From: Eukaryota sp. TZLM1-RC
Taxonomy: Eukaryota; Protista; Metamonada: BaSk clade
Assembly: GCA_040285825.1 (NCBI GenBank)
Contig: JAUPSS010000003.1
Span: 2,604,001-2,668,000, forward strand
Length of the DNA stretch: 64,000 nucleotides
Reading direction: 5' to 3'
Of this stretch, positions 1-11,958 are shown piece by piece. The translations under genes and the position numbers were made by a program. The stretch's first letter is position 1; every line of letters starts with the position of its first letter. Below the pieces are notes generated by a model, which was given only the letters and a program-made list of their open reading frames with translations, searched no databases and was not told the origin of the DNA.

Positions 1-430
1 GTCAAATCACTAATAGTGAGTTGTGTGGGATTCATGGTTGGCGAAAGACATATTATTACTAGCTAACCAAACAAAATAATAAAAGTAAATTGTACTTAAT
101 TGTTTAAGGACAGGTGAGATATACAGCATGAATTGAATCAATAACAGTGCATGACAGAATTTGACCCTTTGTCATGACATCATACACAGGTTGGGTTGAA
201 TCCAAACATTTAGTTGATCGAATTACATCATTAAATGAGAATTGGTGATCAGCAATCAGATTCTTTATTGCACAAAAAACAGTTTCATGTTGTGTCGATG
301 GTGAGTTTCACATTCGAGTTTAATTTTAATATTTATTAATTATTTAGTTGGATGAACCACATACTTATTCATGTTAATCCTAATATTCTTCACATTGTAC
401 TGGAAAGGGTTTTTGTCAATCATTTGAAAC

Positions 431-2003
431 ATGGCAGAGTTTTGGAATTGCTTGAATTCACCAGATTTTGCCCAATTCAAACTCAATGGCACCACTACTC
501 ATCACTCTTCCTTTCAATGCCATGATGAACCAATAACTTCTACCAAATACATCCCATCGGTTCGCAAGGTCGCCACCTCCTCCAGAGACTGTCATCTTCG
601 CTTCTACGACTTTAGCTCCCTTGATTCCCGCTTTCGTCACTTCGATCTCAACCTGCCCCTCTAAAAACCTGTTTGCTGTCTGTGGCAATAGTGATCGCCC
701 TGTGTTGTATGACCATCAAGGGGAAGTGGTTGGAACTTTGAAGAGAGGAGATATGTACATTGCTGATCCAACTAGAACAAATGGTCACACGTCATCAGTC
801 AAATCAATTGATTTTAACGCGGTCAATAATGATGTGATAATGACGTCATCAACGGATGGTACAATCAGACTTTGGAAGACTGATGAAGTGGAATTTGGTT
901 GCTTTTTGACCCTTTCTCTTCGTTCAGCTGGTTGGAAGGGTGGAGTTGTTGAATTCCAAACGAGTTGTTTTAACAACATGGGCACTGCTATAGCTTCAGC
1001 TTCAAATGATTCAATGATTAGATTTTGGGATGGTGCTGGAAAGAGTAACAAACCATTAGAATCAATGAATATAGGTCAATTTATCAATGGTGATTCTATT
1101 TTAAAAATGGGATTTACTGATGGGCTCGAGTCTGTAAATAAGTCAAATTTGTTTATTCGGACAATCAATTCCATTCTCTTATTTGATTTAAGATCACTTT
1201 CTAAACCAGTGATGACGTGGCATGACGTGTCAAGTAGGGGTCTATTTGGGGATTTTTGTTTTAATAAAGACTATACTGTTTTTGGTGCAAGTTTAGCTAC
1301 CCAAGGTGAACGTCTTGGCAGTGTTGCTTTTGGTAAGGTCAATAAACCTGAGGAATTGAGTATATTAGAAGTTGCTGTTGGTGACGTCACCACTGTTGAT
1401 TGGATTAGTGATTTGAATCAAATCATTTATGGAACTAGTAGTGGTAAAATTGGGTTTCTGTATTCGCCTGTAGAGTCGAGGCATGGGATACTTAACTGTT
1501 TGAAAAGGAAACCTCGTGTCGAAAAAGATCTACAGTTAGAAGGTCCAATTGTCGATCCAGAGGAACTAGAAGGGCGGAAATATGTCAAGAGAAAACAAGA
1601 AAAAGGACCAGTTTTGGCGCCAAAATCTGATGGAATGGATAATTCAACTGGCCAAATCAAAATAAACCCCACTGCGGCACTTATGGAAAAAGCACTACAT
1701 TTAGAAGAATCAGGACCACTTGGTACAATACGAGACGACGATCCTAGAGAAGCCATCTTGGCAAAGGCTGAAATTGCGGAGAAAAATCCTTTATTTACAG
1801 GAGTTTATAAAAAAACCCAACCCAAACCTGTATTTGATGCAAGTTTGTTAGAAAAAGAAGCAGTAGAGTATGAACAAGGTAAGATTGCAGAAAGAATGGC
1901 TGATGCGACGTGCAGTGATGTTGGTTTTACAAAACTCTTAGCAGAAATAAGGAGAATGGAAGAAGATGAAATGATGAGGCAGGTTAAGAAAAAGAAAAAA
2001 TAA
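431..2003 (+). CDS. WDR70: WD40-repeat protein, WDR70/Gad1-like; split by a +1 frame break near 630-660
   Basis: ORF 431-664 gives HDEPITS..VATSSRDCHLRFYDFSSLDSRF. ORF 621-2003 gives KRGDMYIADPTRTNGHT, SSTDGTIRLW and C-terminal DDPREAIL..AE.NPLF..Y.KTQPKPVF, all typical of WDR70. The two ORFs are in different frames (see findings). Confidence 0.85.
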
Positions 2004-3882
2004 GTTGGAGTTTTTGGTAAAGATTAGGTTTTGGTTTAAAGTATATTGTGTTCAGTAATTGTTCTAGGTTTTTCTTTGTTAAGTGGTTAAGTGTGTAGAA
2101 TTGGTTTGATAAGATTAGAGTTAGTTACAATCAAATGTTATGTTTTCTTCAAAAATAAAGTAATTTATACAGATGATATGTCGTTTATTACTTCTTTAAA
2201 TTCAACTAGTTGAAGTATTTAATAACAGTTAGTGAAACAGGAAAATCTATATGTTCTGTTTTTTGCAAATTTTTCAATGTTTATCAGTTCAATGGGTAAT
2301 TTAAATAGAGTTTAGTAATGTTGGAAAGATTCATTTGCAAGTTGAGGATCGACAATGCGGACTGAAGAAAAGAACAATTGATTCGGTTCTGTTCCTCTAT
2401 CAAAAACATATTGTTTCATTGTCAAAAGTGATTGTAGTCAATTGTTATCACATTGTGCAACTACAGAACGTTATTGAAAATTACAAAGTACAGACTATCT
2501 GGCAAAATGGAGTTTTGATTTCAAAAAAAACAAACTGTGTGGATGGATATTTTTTCCACCAACTCTTGGTAAATTAGTCATTTTTTTCTTAATCCCATTT
2601 CACAGGAATGAGTATCTTGAAGCTCCAAAAACTGAGTCAACCAATTTTAGATCCCAGATTCAGTGTATCATTTTTCAAGTGGTAGCAAAAGGGTAATAAT
2701 ATTAACCAATAAACCTTAAATAAGAAATGCAGTAATCTACGTTGACCTAACAAGTGGTGACGAATATTTAATTTCAGATGCTGCACTATCCAAATGATAC
2801 CTTCGAAAACAGCAATTGTACAAATTCTTGAACAACAAAGCTAATTGTTCAACAATCAAAAACATTAGCTTTTGATTGATAAGGCCAATGAGTGTTTCAG
2901 ACTACTATTTGATACAATTTTAACGATTGAGTTAATTTTGATGAATATTTAAGACTTTTTAATTGAATGTTACTCGTTTAAAAACCAACATTATAAAAAT
3001 ATTCAGTTGCATCCATTACTCGCCGAATAATTTAAGAAACAAAGAAGATTAAATCACATTAATCAAACCTAGAACAAAACAAAACAAAAATTAAATAAAT
3101 TGATGATAAAGTTAATTTACTAAATTACTATTACGTCCACAAAATAAAGATCCATTGTAATTATTAACGTGTTTTTTAATTGTTTTGTCTGATTTTGAAA
3201 AACAAATAATTTTTAATAAGAAAAATTAGATGTCTTTCTATAAAGCACCGGAATTCAATTAGCCATAATGATTGGATTGCCGCAGTTTTTCCATCGAATC
3301 AAGAAGATAGTATTACGTGCGTGTTATGTGAATAGAAATAAGATTGAATAAAAACCCATTGTATAAGGGCAATTTATTGTCGAAAGTCTCCAGTCTTTGT
3401 TCATCGTGGAGCCATGTTTGAAGAATTTATTGTTGTTTCTGATATCAACATAATAAAGATGGGATGAGCACAATATTCTTTTTCGGCATAAAAAATCAAT
3501 TAAAAGAATTTCAATTAGTTAGGTTCTCACGGTTTCAGACTTCAAAAACAATGTGATTACGGAAACAAAGGTTGTAACAAAGCTCTTTGTTGATGCAATA
3601 AAATAATAAATTTCTAACAGCTGTTAAACATGTTCAATTTCGTTTACTGTTCAGTAGTTATGACCAGCTCAGCGTAAAAGTCATTGTATATTTAAGTTTT
3701 ATTTCCATTGATTAATCAATAGAACATTCAACAATGCAACATCGTTATCGCAACATCTCTCCCAGAAACAAGCATTTGGTTCAAAAATACAGCAGAAAGT
3801 GCAAGAATATATTCATAATAAAGTTTATTTACTAAATCACCATTACATCAACAAAATAAAAATCAATCCTAATTATTAACCA

Positions 3883-5754
3883 CTAATAATCTACAATTGA
3901 GTATTCACTACCCTTCAACCTAGTCCATATACCAAATACAGTTCCAGAAGGAATTGGTTTGGTATCACTACTTCCATTTAAGCTAAAAGTAGCTTGATTG
4001 TTTTCAATATTGACGTAAAGAATGTCTCCTTGGTTCATTTGAGGGAGGGCGAAGTGACTTGTTGAACGAAAACCAAAACCACAAGTGGGATACCTAGTAC
4101 CACCACTCGTATTACCCTTCCTAATATCATCCATTGTCCAAAACCCAATAAATTCATTATCATCCACCTTCCCAGTCCTTTTAATTGCAATTTTGAACGT
4201 CTTAGGATTGAAATCTATTGCTGCAAAATTACAGTGTTTAAAACCACCACAACAATCATTTAAAACCCTTCTATTACCCTCTGAGAACACCATCCCAGAA
4301 CCACTTTGATTTGTATTAAACTTCATGAATTTGGTTTCCCTGCCCAATAACTTTTGACATAGTTGATTAATAATGTCAAATGAACAATTACCAACAATAA
4401 CCCCTTCCAACCATTCTTCCTTGTTTTTATTAATTGAATTAGAAAGATTTAGGTTTAATAATAAATCACTTGAAATTGTAAAAACTTCTGGAATTGAACC
4501 AAATTCATAATGATCAATTGCCTTGCCTAATAACCAAGAATTTGAATATTTAATTGCAGAGTTAATTAGAGTTTTGAATTGATTACTATTCAACGTGTTG
4601 AATCGGATTTTCGAAAGTAATGATTGGAATTCATTATCAGAAAATATATTGGATTGGAGGTTTAAAAGTTGAGCAAAATCATTTGAACTAATGGAGGTAG
4701 AATTATTAACAAAATTATTCACCAATTTCTTTTTTAAATCTTGGTCAATATTCAAAGGAAGAATTTCACTCAATTGTTCAATTGAAGGAAGGTATTCTGG
4801 GCCGAGTTGAATATAAAAAAGACCTATTTGAGCTCTTTTCGAAATATTCAGCTTAGTGACATCAACTAAATCTTTTCCAAGTAATTCTGCTAAAAGATTA
4901 ATTTGATAAGAATTAAAACTAGTTTCAACATCTTGGAAACAATCATTTAAAATTCTTTTAAATTCTTGAAGTGAATTAATAGCGTTGGAAATCTGTTTTT
5001 CGGCTTGGACTTGGGCATTTCCATCAAATTTGATTGATTCTGCTACGGAAGAACAAGAATCAATCTGTTGAATTTTGGATTGTGACTGCTGAATCAAATC
5101 ACCAATCAAATCATGAATGAATGATTGAGTTCCTTGAATGGTTTCCTTCACCACATTTGAGACATTATCTCCAGCTTCAACCAAAGGCAAGGTAGTTGTA
5201 GCTAGTGCCTCTTGTAATTGATTTGATTGCTGGGAAAGTATCTCCTTTGCTTTTGCAAATGGTACAAGGCATTCTGGATGGAGAGAATGTCCATCTACCA
5301 AACCACAAGAATCACAAAGAGCGACCTTGCATTTGGTGCAGTAATGGTCAAGCTGCTTACCCTTATGATGAGGGCATTTAGGAAGTGAGACAGAGGATCT
5401 TTGGGAGAGGGGTACGATAGCGTGAGATTTGAAAACTTTCAGAGTGTGGGTGTGATCAGAACAAGACTTGCAAAAGGATGTATCGCAGTAGCTGCAGAAG
5501 AGGGTAGCGGGAACTTCTTCGCAGCCTTGGCACATAACATTGGAAGACGAGTGGGAAGAGGCTTCGATGATGTCACGTATAGTGACGTTGATACGGTGAC
5601 ACATGGACGGGATCTCTTCGCGGCACTGGGGACAGGTAGAGTTGTTCTTCTTCCAGGGTAAGAGACATCGATCGCGACAGAAGCTGTGTCCACAGGGGAG
5701 ACTGGTCGGCTGCTCCATGACTTGGAGACAAATCCCACATTCCAGATGAGACAT
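3883..5754 (-). CDS. TRIM-like E3 ligase: RING, two B-boxes, coiled coil, Asn-rich middle region, possible SPRY-like C-terminus
   Basis: RING CGIC..LPCGHSFC..C..CPQC; B-box1 CQGC..CSYC..CKSC..H..H; B-box2 CPHH..CTKC..CDSC..H..H; uninterrupted 623-aa ORF. Confidence 0.85.
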   Translation of the reverse strand: MSHLECGICLQVMEQPTSLPCGHSFCRDRCLLPWKKNNSTCPQCREEIPSMCHRINVTIRDIIEASSHSSSNVMCQGCEEVPATLFCSYCDTSFCKSCSDHTHTLKVFKSHAIVPLSQRSSVSLPKCPHHKGKQLDHYCTKCKVALCDSCGLVDGHSLHPECLVPFAKAKEILSQQSNQLQEALATTTLPLVEAGDNVSNVVKETIQGTQSFIHDLIGDLIQQSQSKIQQIDSCSSVAESIKFDGNAQVQAEKQISNAINSLQEFKRILNDCFQDVETSFNSYQINLLAELLGKDLVDVTKLNISKRAQIGLFYIQLGPEYLPSIEQLSEILPLNIDQDLKKKLVNNFVNNSTSISSNDFAQLLNLQSNIFSDNEFQSLLSKIRFNTLNSNQFKTLINSAIKYSNSWLLGKAIDHYEFGSIPEVFTISSDLLLNLNLSNSINKNKEEWLEGVIVGNCSFDIINQLCQKLLGRETKFMKFNTNQSGSGMVFSEGNRRVLNDCCGGFKHCNFAAIDFNPKTFKIAIKRTGKVDDNEFIGFWTMDDIRKGNTSGGTRYPTCGFGFRSTSHFALPQMNQGDILYVNIENNQATFSLNGSSDTKPIPSGTVFGIWTRLKGSEYSIVDY

Positions 5755-6455
5755 TGGATGCTTAGCAGTTGTTACTACACGTAGAAAAAATGAATGTTCA
5801 ATTGAACTTCACAAAATATTTACAATACCTCAAACTGTTTAGATTTTCAGAAATCTTTTAAAATTACTCAGAATCGAAATGGCTGAAATATAGTTGATTG
5901 GTTTTACTTAAAAACCACAAAAGTTTAATCTTTCTGTTGATAATTATCAACCCGTTCTTTTAACAAGTTTTCCGCTCACTAAAAGAACAAATAGTTGCCC
6001 GATTTGTTCAGCAGAAATCTACACTAGTGAAACCATGTATCAATCCGACTTTTGGACCTAGTAAAGCCAACTCTCAACTGGTAGGAAATATACTAGTGAC
6101 ACAGTAAAATACAAATGTTGTTACATTGCCCTAAAAAACCCTCAATTATAATGGTACACATCCTAGATGATGGGACTGTTTCGTTGCTCACAGTTTATGG
6201 TTTGGTTGGGTATCTAAATGTAAAAATACTGAAATCTATTTTATTTCAACAAAGTTTGGTGATGACTTTGACGAACCACAATTTTTGAATTACACAATTA
6301 TTGAAAGTGTAATTAGAACGAATACATGATGTTTGACAGGCAGAAAATGGTTGGCATCTAATACAAAAAGATGTATGAGAATTAAGGCAAAAAGACATAA
6401 ATAAATTTACAAAAATACCGTAAGTGTAAACAAATAGGAAGAAAACAATGGTAGC

Positions 6456-6719
6456 TCACTGATCTTGGTCAATATCAAATGAAGCCTGGGGTAAGTATGC
6501 AAGAAAGAAGGAACAAACAGTCAAAAGACGTTCAATTTGGGCTATGAGAGACTCAAGGGACTGTTGATCAAGTTCTAACAGGGTTCGGGAGAGAGAAGAG
6601 TCTGAAGACTTTGTGACAAGAGAAAGTTGACATAGAGGTTGACGTAGCTTGGCTACATGGGAGGACGCTAATCCAAGCACAACTCGCCAATCAAAAGACT
6701 CCAATGTTGAAGGTTTCAT
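6456..6719 (-). CDS. COMMD6: COMM-domain-only protein (COMMD6-like); probable in-frame 33-nt intron at 6486-6518
   Basis: COMM signature LESFDWRV.L.LASS....L.QP..QL.L...LEL....L..L...IE. Intron GTTTGT...CTTACCCCAG matches the local consensus. Confidence 0.7.
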   Translation of the reverse strand: MKPSTLESFDWRVVLGLASSHVAKLRQPLCQLSLVTKSSDSSLSRTLLELDQQSLESLIAQIERLLTVCSFFLAYLPQASFDIDQDQ

Positions 6720-6772
6720 TGATGGGAAGATTGAATTCCAAAATATGATTCACTCACATCTGAATACCATAT

Positions 6773-7273
6773 ATGCAACGTCCCAACATCTTAATCACCG
6801 GTGTTCCAGGTACTGGAAAGACCACAGTAGCCAACCTCATCTCGGAAAACACAGGTCTTACTTATTTCAATGTCGGAGATTTTGTTCGTGAACATCAGCT
6901 TCATGAAGGGTGGGATGAAGAGTTTGCTACCTACATACTAAACGAGGACGCTTTATTGACTGAGATGACTCCTCTTATTGAGAATAAAGGCCTTGTTGTT
7001 GAATTCCATTCACCTGCGGTCTTCCCCGAAGACTGGTTTGATCTTGTCATTGTGCTCACATGTATTAATGATGTCTTGTACCCAAGGCTTGAGGCTAGGG
7101 GATATAATGAGGACAAAATCCAAGATAACATTGAATCTGAAATCATGGAGGTTGTGTTGGATGAAGCAAGGGAATGCTTTGAGGACAAAGTCATCGTTTT
7201 CCCATGTGAAGAGTTGTCTCACATTGATGCGGTTGTTTCAGCTGTTACCAACTTTTTATCTCAATATTCGTAG
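6773..7273 (+). CDS. AK6: Adenylate kinase 6 / Fap7 (hCINAP)
   Basis: PNILITGVPGTGKTT P-loop, VVEFH, FPEDWFDLVIVL, LYPRLEARGY...KI..N.E.EI. Confidence 0.95.
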   Translation: MQRPNILITGVPGTGKTTVANLISENTGLTYFNVGDFVREHQLHEGWDEEFATYILNEDALLTEMTPLIENKGLVVEFHSPAVFPEDWFDLVIVLTCINDVLYPRLEARGYNEDKIQDNIESEIMEVVLDEARECFEDKVIVFPCEELSHIDAVVSAVTNFLSQYS

Positions 7274-7584
7274 TTTTTTTGATTTAGTTTAATGGTTTAG
7301 TGCTTATTTAGTTTTTTTTGTTTTTTTGTATCATCTTTGACACATAGAGCTATTCTATCGGTTTGGTTCTCATTAAATCCTTTTCTTGTACTCATCATAG
7401 TTCAGTCAATTTTCTATGGTCCAACTTGTTGTGACTCACCTTATATGAGATATAGAATTATTCATTTTACATTAAGTTTTTGACACTGGTGAATAAACAT
7501 TATTTGAATTTGTTACTCTCAAGATATTTATTTTGCAGATTTGCTAGGATTAACTAGGATTAACTCGGATTAAGTTTCAACAAG

Positions 7585-8859
7585 CTACAATATTGTGAGG
7601 GTTATGTAATCTTGAGGATGTAATATAAAAATTGGATACCAAAAGATGCCTCTATCCTCAGATAGTTTTATGGGTCGCTTCTTGAGTACGCTGCTTACAA
7701 CACGAAGTTCGTGATCCACCATGTCTGCTTCAATGGTTAGGACTTGTCCGTTGTACATGGAATGATCACTGAAATAGAAGGTTTCCTGGTGACCTGATGA
7801 GCTGATATTCTGCTCTATCACTCCCAAATTGCAAAATCCTTGAAATTGCTTGAATTTAACTTTCCATGTATAAACTCTTCCAAAAAGAAGGGGAAATGAT
7901 CCTGTGACCATGAACTTGTTGTCGTTAAAACTGTTTATGTAGCTCCTAGACTCTAATTTTGTGACACTGATCCTCTTTGGTGTTTGCGATACGAATTGAC
8001 TGTCCTTCACAGTGGAAGAGAATGTTATACCGAATCTATCAGGAATTTCCACCTCATGCATGGGACAGATTCTCGCCATCATACAGTCAACAAAATAATC
8101 ATAAGGAAGAGAAGCTCTTAATGGATTAACAATTTCTTCAATGTCTTGGCTATCAATAATAGTAAAGTCAACTCTACACATCAAGGAATGGAACTTCTCA
8201 AGGTTAGCATCTATACCACCTTTTAATTGTTGGGTCCATTTCACAAGTGCGTTGAACAACTCGATTTCGAAGCCAACAGATAATGGAAGACTAAGAATTT
8301 TCAGAAGCAAATCGTATTGAATTGATGTTATCATATCTTCATTGATAAGTTTTTCCATATCATCACTAACCTTCACCAACATGGAATGGAGTGATTCATC
8401 AGGAATAAGGTTATGCACCGTGTTACAAGCAATTACCAACCGTTTTGGTGATAAATGCTTTTGAAATAACTCAATACATAAATTGAACAAAATAACAATG
8501 TCATAGCAGTGTGAGAAGCGTAGCAACGGGGGTAAAAGTGAATATGTACAATTCAATCTTCCTGTATAAACAAACTGGACAAAGGTTGAGACAACCAATG
8601 GATCGTTGTCAAAGTGAATCTCGCTGCTTGTTTGTTCTTTCATGTTGGCCGTTAACATTTTCTTGAAAACAGGAGACACAGCTATAAGTAGGTCCTTGTG
8701 TATGTGAAAGCAGTCCTCTCCGACAATGATTTTCACTGGATTTTGGTTAGATTTGTTGAACGCCAGTTCGCCTCGGATGTCGTCAAAGTCTAGTAATTGA
8801 GCATCAATTCTCTCAAGGTTAGTCTCATCAAATGTGACTTCAGCAGAACTCGAGGTCAT
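7585..8859 (-). CDS. BTB/POZ-BACK domain protein with SPRY-like C-terminus
   Basis: BTB motif F.IHKDLL.AVSPVFKKML...MKE...EI.F..DP....FVQFVYTG; BACK motif EIELFNALVKW. First in-frame ATG is at 8859. Confidence 0.85.
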   Translation of the reverse strand: MTSSSAEVTFDETNLERIDAQLLDFDDIRGELAFNKSNQNPVKIIVGEDCFHIHKDLLIAVSPVFKKMLTANMKEQTSSEIHFDNDPLVVSTFVQFVYTGRLNCTYSLLPPLLRFSHCYDIVILFNLCIELFQKHLSPKRLVIACNTVHNLIPDESLHSMLVKVSDDMEKLINEDMITSIQYDLLLKILSLPLSVGFEIELFNALVKWTQQLKGGIDANLEKFHSLMCRVDFTIIDSQDIEEIVNPLRASLPYDYFVDCMMARICPMHEVEIPDRFGITFSSTVKDSQFVSQTPKRISVTKLESRSYINSFNDNKFMVTGSFPLLFGRVYTWKVKFKQFQGFCNLGVIEQNISSSGHQETFYFSDHSMYNGQVLTIEADMVDHELRVVSSVLKKRPIKLSEDRGIFWYPIFILHPQDYITLTIL

Positions 8860-9379
8860 TGCAGTTGAACGAAGAAGTGAACTTTTTGAATGGGCAGGAA
8901 CACATGACGTCAATGACAAGATTGACTCCTTGTCATTCGTGAGACAGACAATTATCAGGTTATTTTACATTCACTATCGTTTGTCATAACGTTGGCTTGT
9001 TGTTCTGTAGTTGGCTAACCAACCCAAAAACCAACGGGGTAATAGAGACTTTCCAAAGTAGAGTAAATTGGTTAAAGTACTGCGTTACTTTCACTAAATG
9101 CTTGCTTTTGGAAGTAATAGCTTAATAATAGTATCTGTGCTTTATTGAACCAAAACACTTGATTATATAAAATCAGAACTACCCGGACGAAAATCATAAA
9201 AGTTATATTCAGAATTTGGTGAGTGAATTAATAAATGAATGTTTCGGAAAATTAATGACAACACAAAGTTCTACTGTTTTTGCATTAAATGGAGAATTTC
9301 AAAAATTGAAGTAAAACAATGGAGTCGATGCTTTCCCCAATCATTCAATGGCAATATTACCGAAAAGACTTTTGTAAAT

Positions 9380-10520
9380 TTTTTTAACTGGAGTATTAAT
9401 TGAGAAAAAAACTAGCTAGAATTCAATAACCTCCAAACAAGAGTCACTATTACTAAACCTACTCACAACATTACGTGCATTTTCTACACCAATAGCTAAA
9501 AGTGCCTTTGAAATCATTGTTGGAATAGACTTGAAAATGCAAAAAACAATTCTATTTAACCAGAACGTGGAATTCATAGTTTTACTAGACCTATTTAGTT
9601 ACACTTTTTTGAACTTTTCAAAAAAGTGCAACCCTGAAGGTCCAATATTGCCAAAAAGAGAAATTGCAAACGGCACAAACTGATATTTCACATGTTCCAC
9701 TCTACCTAACTGTGCCAAAGGTTCTTCATATTTTTTTATCTTCTTTGTTTCGGCGTTATAATAACGGCGAATCAGCGGAATACACTAAACGAGCAGCAGA
9801 ATTTTTGCAAACATCAACTGAGACAACATCCACAACATTGAGAACACCATCGATCCCTGGAGCTACTAAATCTGCCCTTCTTTTACCAAAGAAATCATCA
9901 GTTTGATCTGAAGACAGCTTACGTACTAATGGCTCAATAAATGCCTCTATATTGAAACTTTTGCACATGGTATATAATTGATCACGAACTGAGTCATGAA
10001 CAATTGAGCGATAAGTTATAAAATACTTACAGTTTAAAATATGGGACAGCATAACAACACTCTTGCAGCGACAAATTAAATCATTTGGTAAAGAACAAGG
10101 CCATAGAAAACATCTCATTCTCATTACAGTGGTCCATTGGTGATCATTGAGTAGAAGGCCATAAATGTTGGGAATTTGGGAGATTAGGCAACTTGAGCAA
10201 CTGTCTTCAAGATCAATCAAAAAGTTTGCAAAAACGGGATTTTTTTCTTTAGCCAAGCTAAGACGTACAATATAATCCAAGTTTTCTAAAACTTTCAATA
10301 TTTTTTCTGCAAATTTGCAAAAGTCAGTGGTAAGGAGAGCAAGCTTCTTGGAGGAAGTTCCACAATATCAGAGGGGAAACATTTAGACCAAATATTGGGT
10401 GAAATTTTTTTAAATTTAAAAATACACTCTTCAAACATTACAGAGACGATTGACTGGAATGTGAGAAAATGATCTTTAAAAAAATATATGCAGCTCGGCT
10501 GTTTTAAATCAAGATCTTCA
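9380..10520 (-). mobile_element. Degenerate 5'-truncated RLE (CRE-like) non-LTR retrotransposon, family B1
   Basis: CCHC-type C.C...HILNC...HDSVRD, then EP, RRADL, VVDV and KKYEEP restriction-like endonuclease motifs; several frameshifts; A-rich 3' tail near 9380. Confidence 0.8.
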
Positions 10521-10524
10521 TTCG

Positions 10525-10840
10525 TTGCTATTGGAAAAAGGTGTTTGTGAAAATCAGTTATCAGATCCTTCACTGTTTGTGACCATTGTACCACGAAGAT
10601 TTGGACTGTGTGCTACTTATGAAACGTTTATAAGAAAAACGAGATTATATTTGAATATCCCCATTAATCAATTATTATCAAAAGAAAAATGTATTTGTTC
10701 GAATTCACCTCAACTCACTTTGTGCCATGCTCTGAACTGCTCTAAATTGATAACTTATCGTTCTTTATAACATGATGCTGTTACAGACACTGTTTTTAAT
10801 ATGGCACGAACTGCAAGAATTTCATATGTCAAAGAGCCTC
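10525..10840 (+). mobile_element. RLE retrotransposon fragment, family A
   Basis: CICS..HALNCSKLITYRSL.HDAV matches the family A copies at 14000 and 45830. Confidence 0.75.
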
Positions 10841-11365
10841 AATTCTAAAATTGATAAATATAAAGCAAAGTTGGTTTCCTTAAATGCTGGCGTTCACGGA
10901 TTCAATTTGCCATTATTAATAGATTACCTCGGCTTTTCAATCAAATTAGAGAAGCTTTAGCTAGACAGCAAGCAGATCAAGATTTTGTAGAGGAAATCTT
11001 GGTTTAATGATAGTCGTCCCATTAGTATTGAGTTAATTTAATTAAGTGTGCAAATTCAATAAATACAAATTTATTAAATGCTGAATCTCACACTTATAAT
11101 GTCCTTTGCCCATTTGCTTTTTCCTTACATGGAACGCTTGTACCACTTGGTTAATCCTTTTTGGATGATTTTGTTGAAATTGTAAAACAACGTACTGGAG
11201 GAATTTGACAACACGTTTTGGCAGAACAGAATGGTATTTTCAATTTTTAAAGGTGTTGTCCCGATATTGTCTTCTGGTTTATTATCTCTTGGTCGCTTTT
11301 TAAAGGAAAATCTTCCAGTCAAATTTTGTTGGCTGATTCGGGATATGAAGATTTAGGATTTTAGT
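10841..11365 (+). mobile_element. RLE retrotransposon 3' fragment, family C, interrupted by a family A insertion
   Basis: Colinear with 41746-42075 apart from the 10890-11073 insert. Confidence 0.8.
10890..11073 (+). mobile_element. 5'-truncated family A insertion with 10-bp TSD
   Basis: TTAAATGCTG at 10880-10889 and 11074-11083; the empty site is visible near 41785; ends in the family A 3' terminus ...GTGTGCAAATTCAATAAAT. Confidence 0.9.
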
Positions 11366-11384
11366 TTTTTTTGTCACATTTGAA

Positions 11385-11958
11385 ATTTATTTTCAACGCT
11401 AACAAAACATTAAACAAAAAAACTAAAACTCAATATCCTCAATACACGCATCAACATCATCAAATCTTTTAAGCGCGCGATTTTCATACTCTATTCCTAA
11501 TTGTAACAGTGCTGTGGTCAATATATCTGGAATTTCTTTAAGAATACTAAAACAATTCTATTGTGCCAGAAATTGAAGTTCAATTCTTTTCTTGCTCTTT
11601 CTTTTATTAAACTTCTGAAACCTTCAAGAAATTTAATACCAGATATTCCAATGTTAGCAAAAAGAGAAACAGCAAATGGAACCAACTGATATTTGACATA
11701 CTCAACACGTCCTAGCTGAGATAAGGGTTAATTGTACTGTTTGATTTTGCACTTTTCAGCAAAGCAAAGTGGAGCTTCATCTCTTTTAGCAAAATCAATT
11801 GCTGAGTCTTTACAAACATCAACAGTGACAACATCAACAACATTGAACACACCATCAGACCCAGGGGTAATTAAATCAGCACGGCGTTTCCCAAAAGTAT
11901 TTTAATCTTCTTTTTCAGATGACAACCTTCGCACAAAAGGTTCAACAAAAGCTTCATT
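11385..11958 (-). mobile_element. RLE retrotransposon 3' fragment, family B2
   Basis: Homologous to 42096-42668 and 63323-63942 (RADLITPGSDGV..VVDVV, KY.LVPFAVSLF.NIG). Confidence 0.8.

Noticed and set aside
7543-7573. Three tandem copies of CTAGGATTAA
   Set aside because: Short slippage repeat with no spacers or evident function
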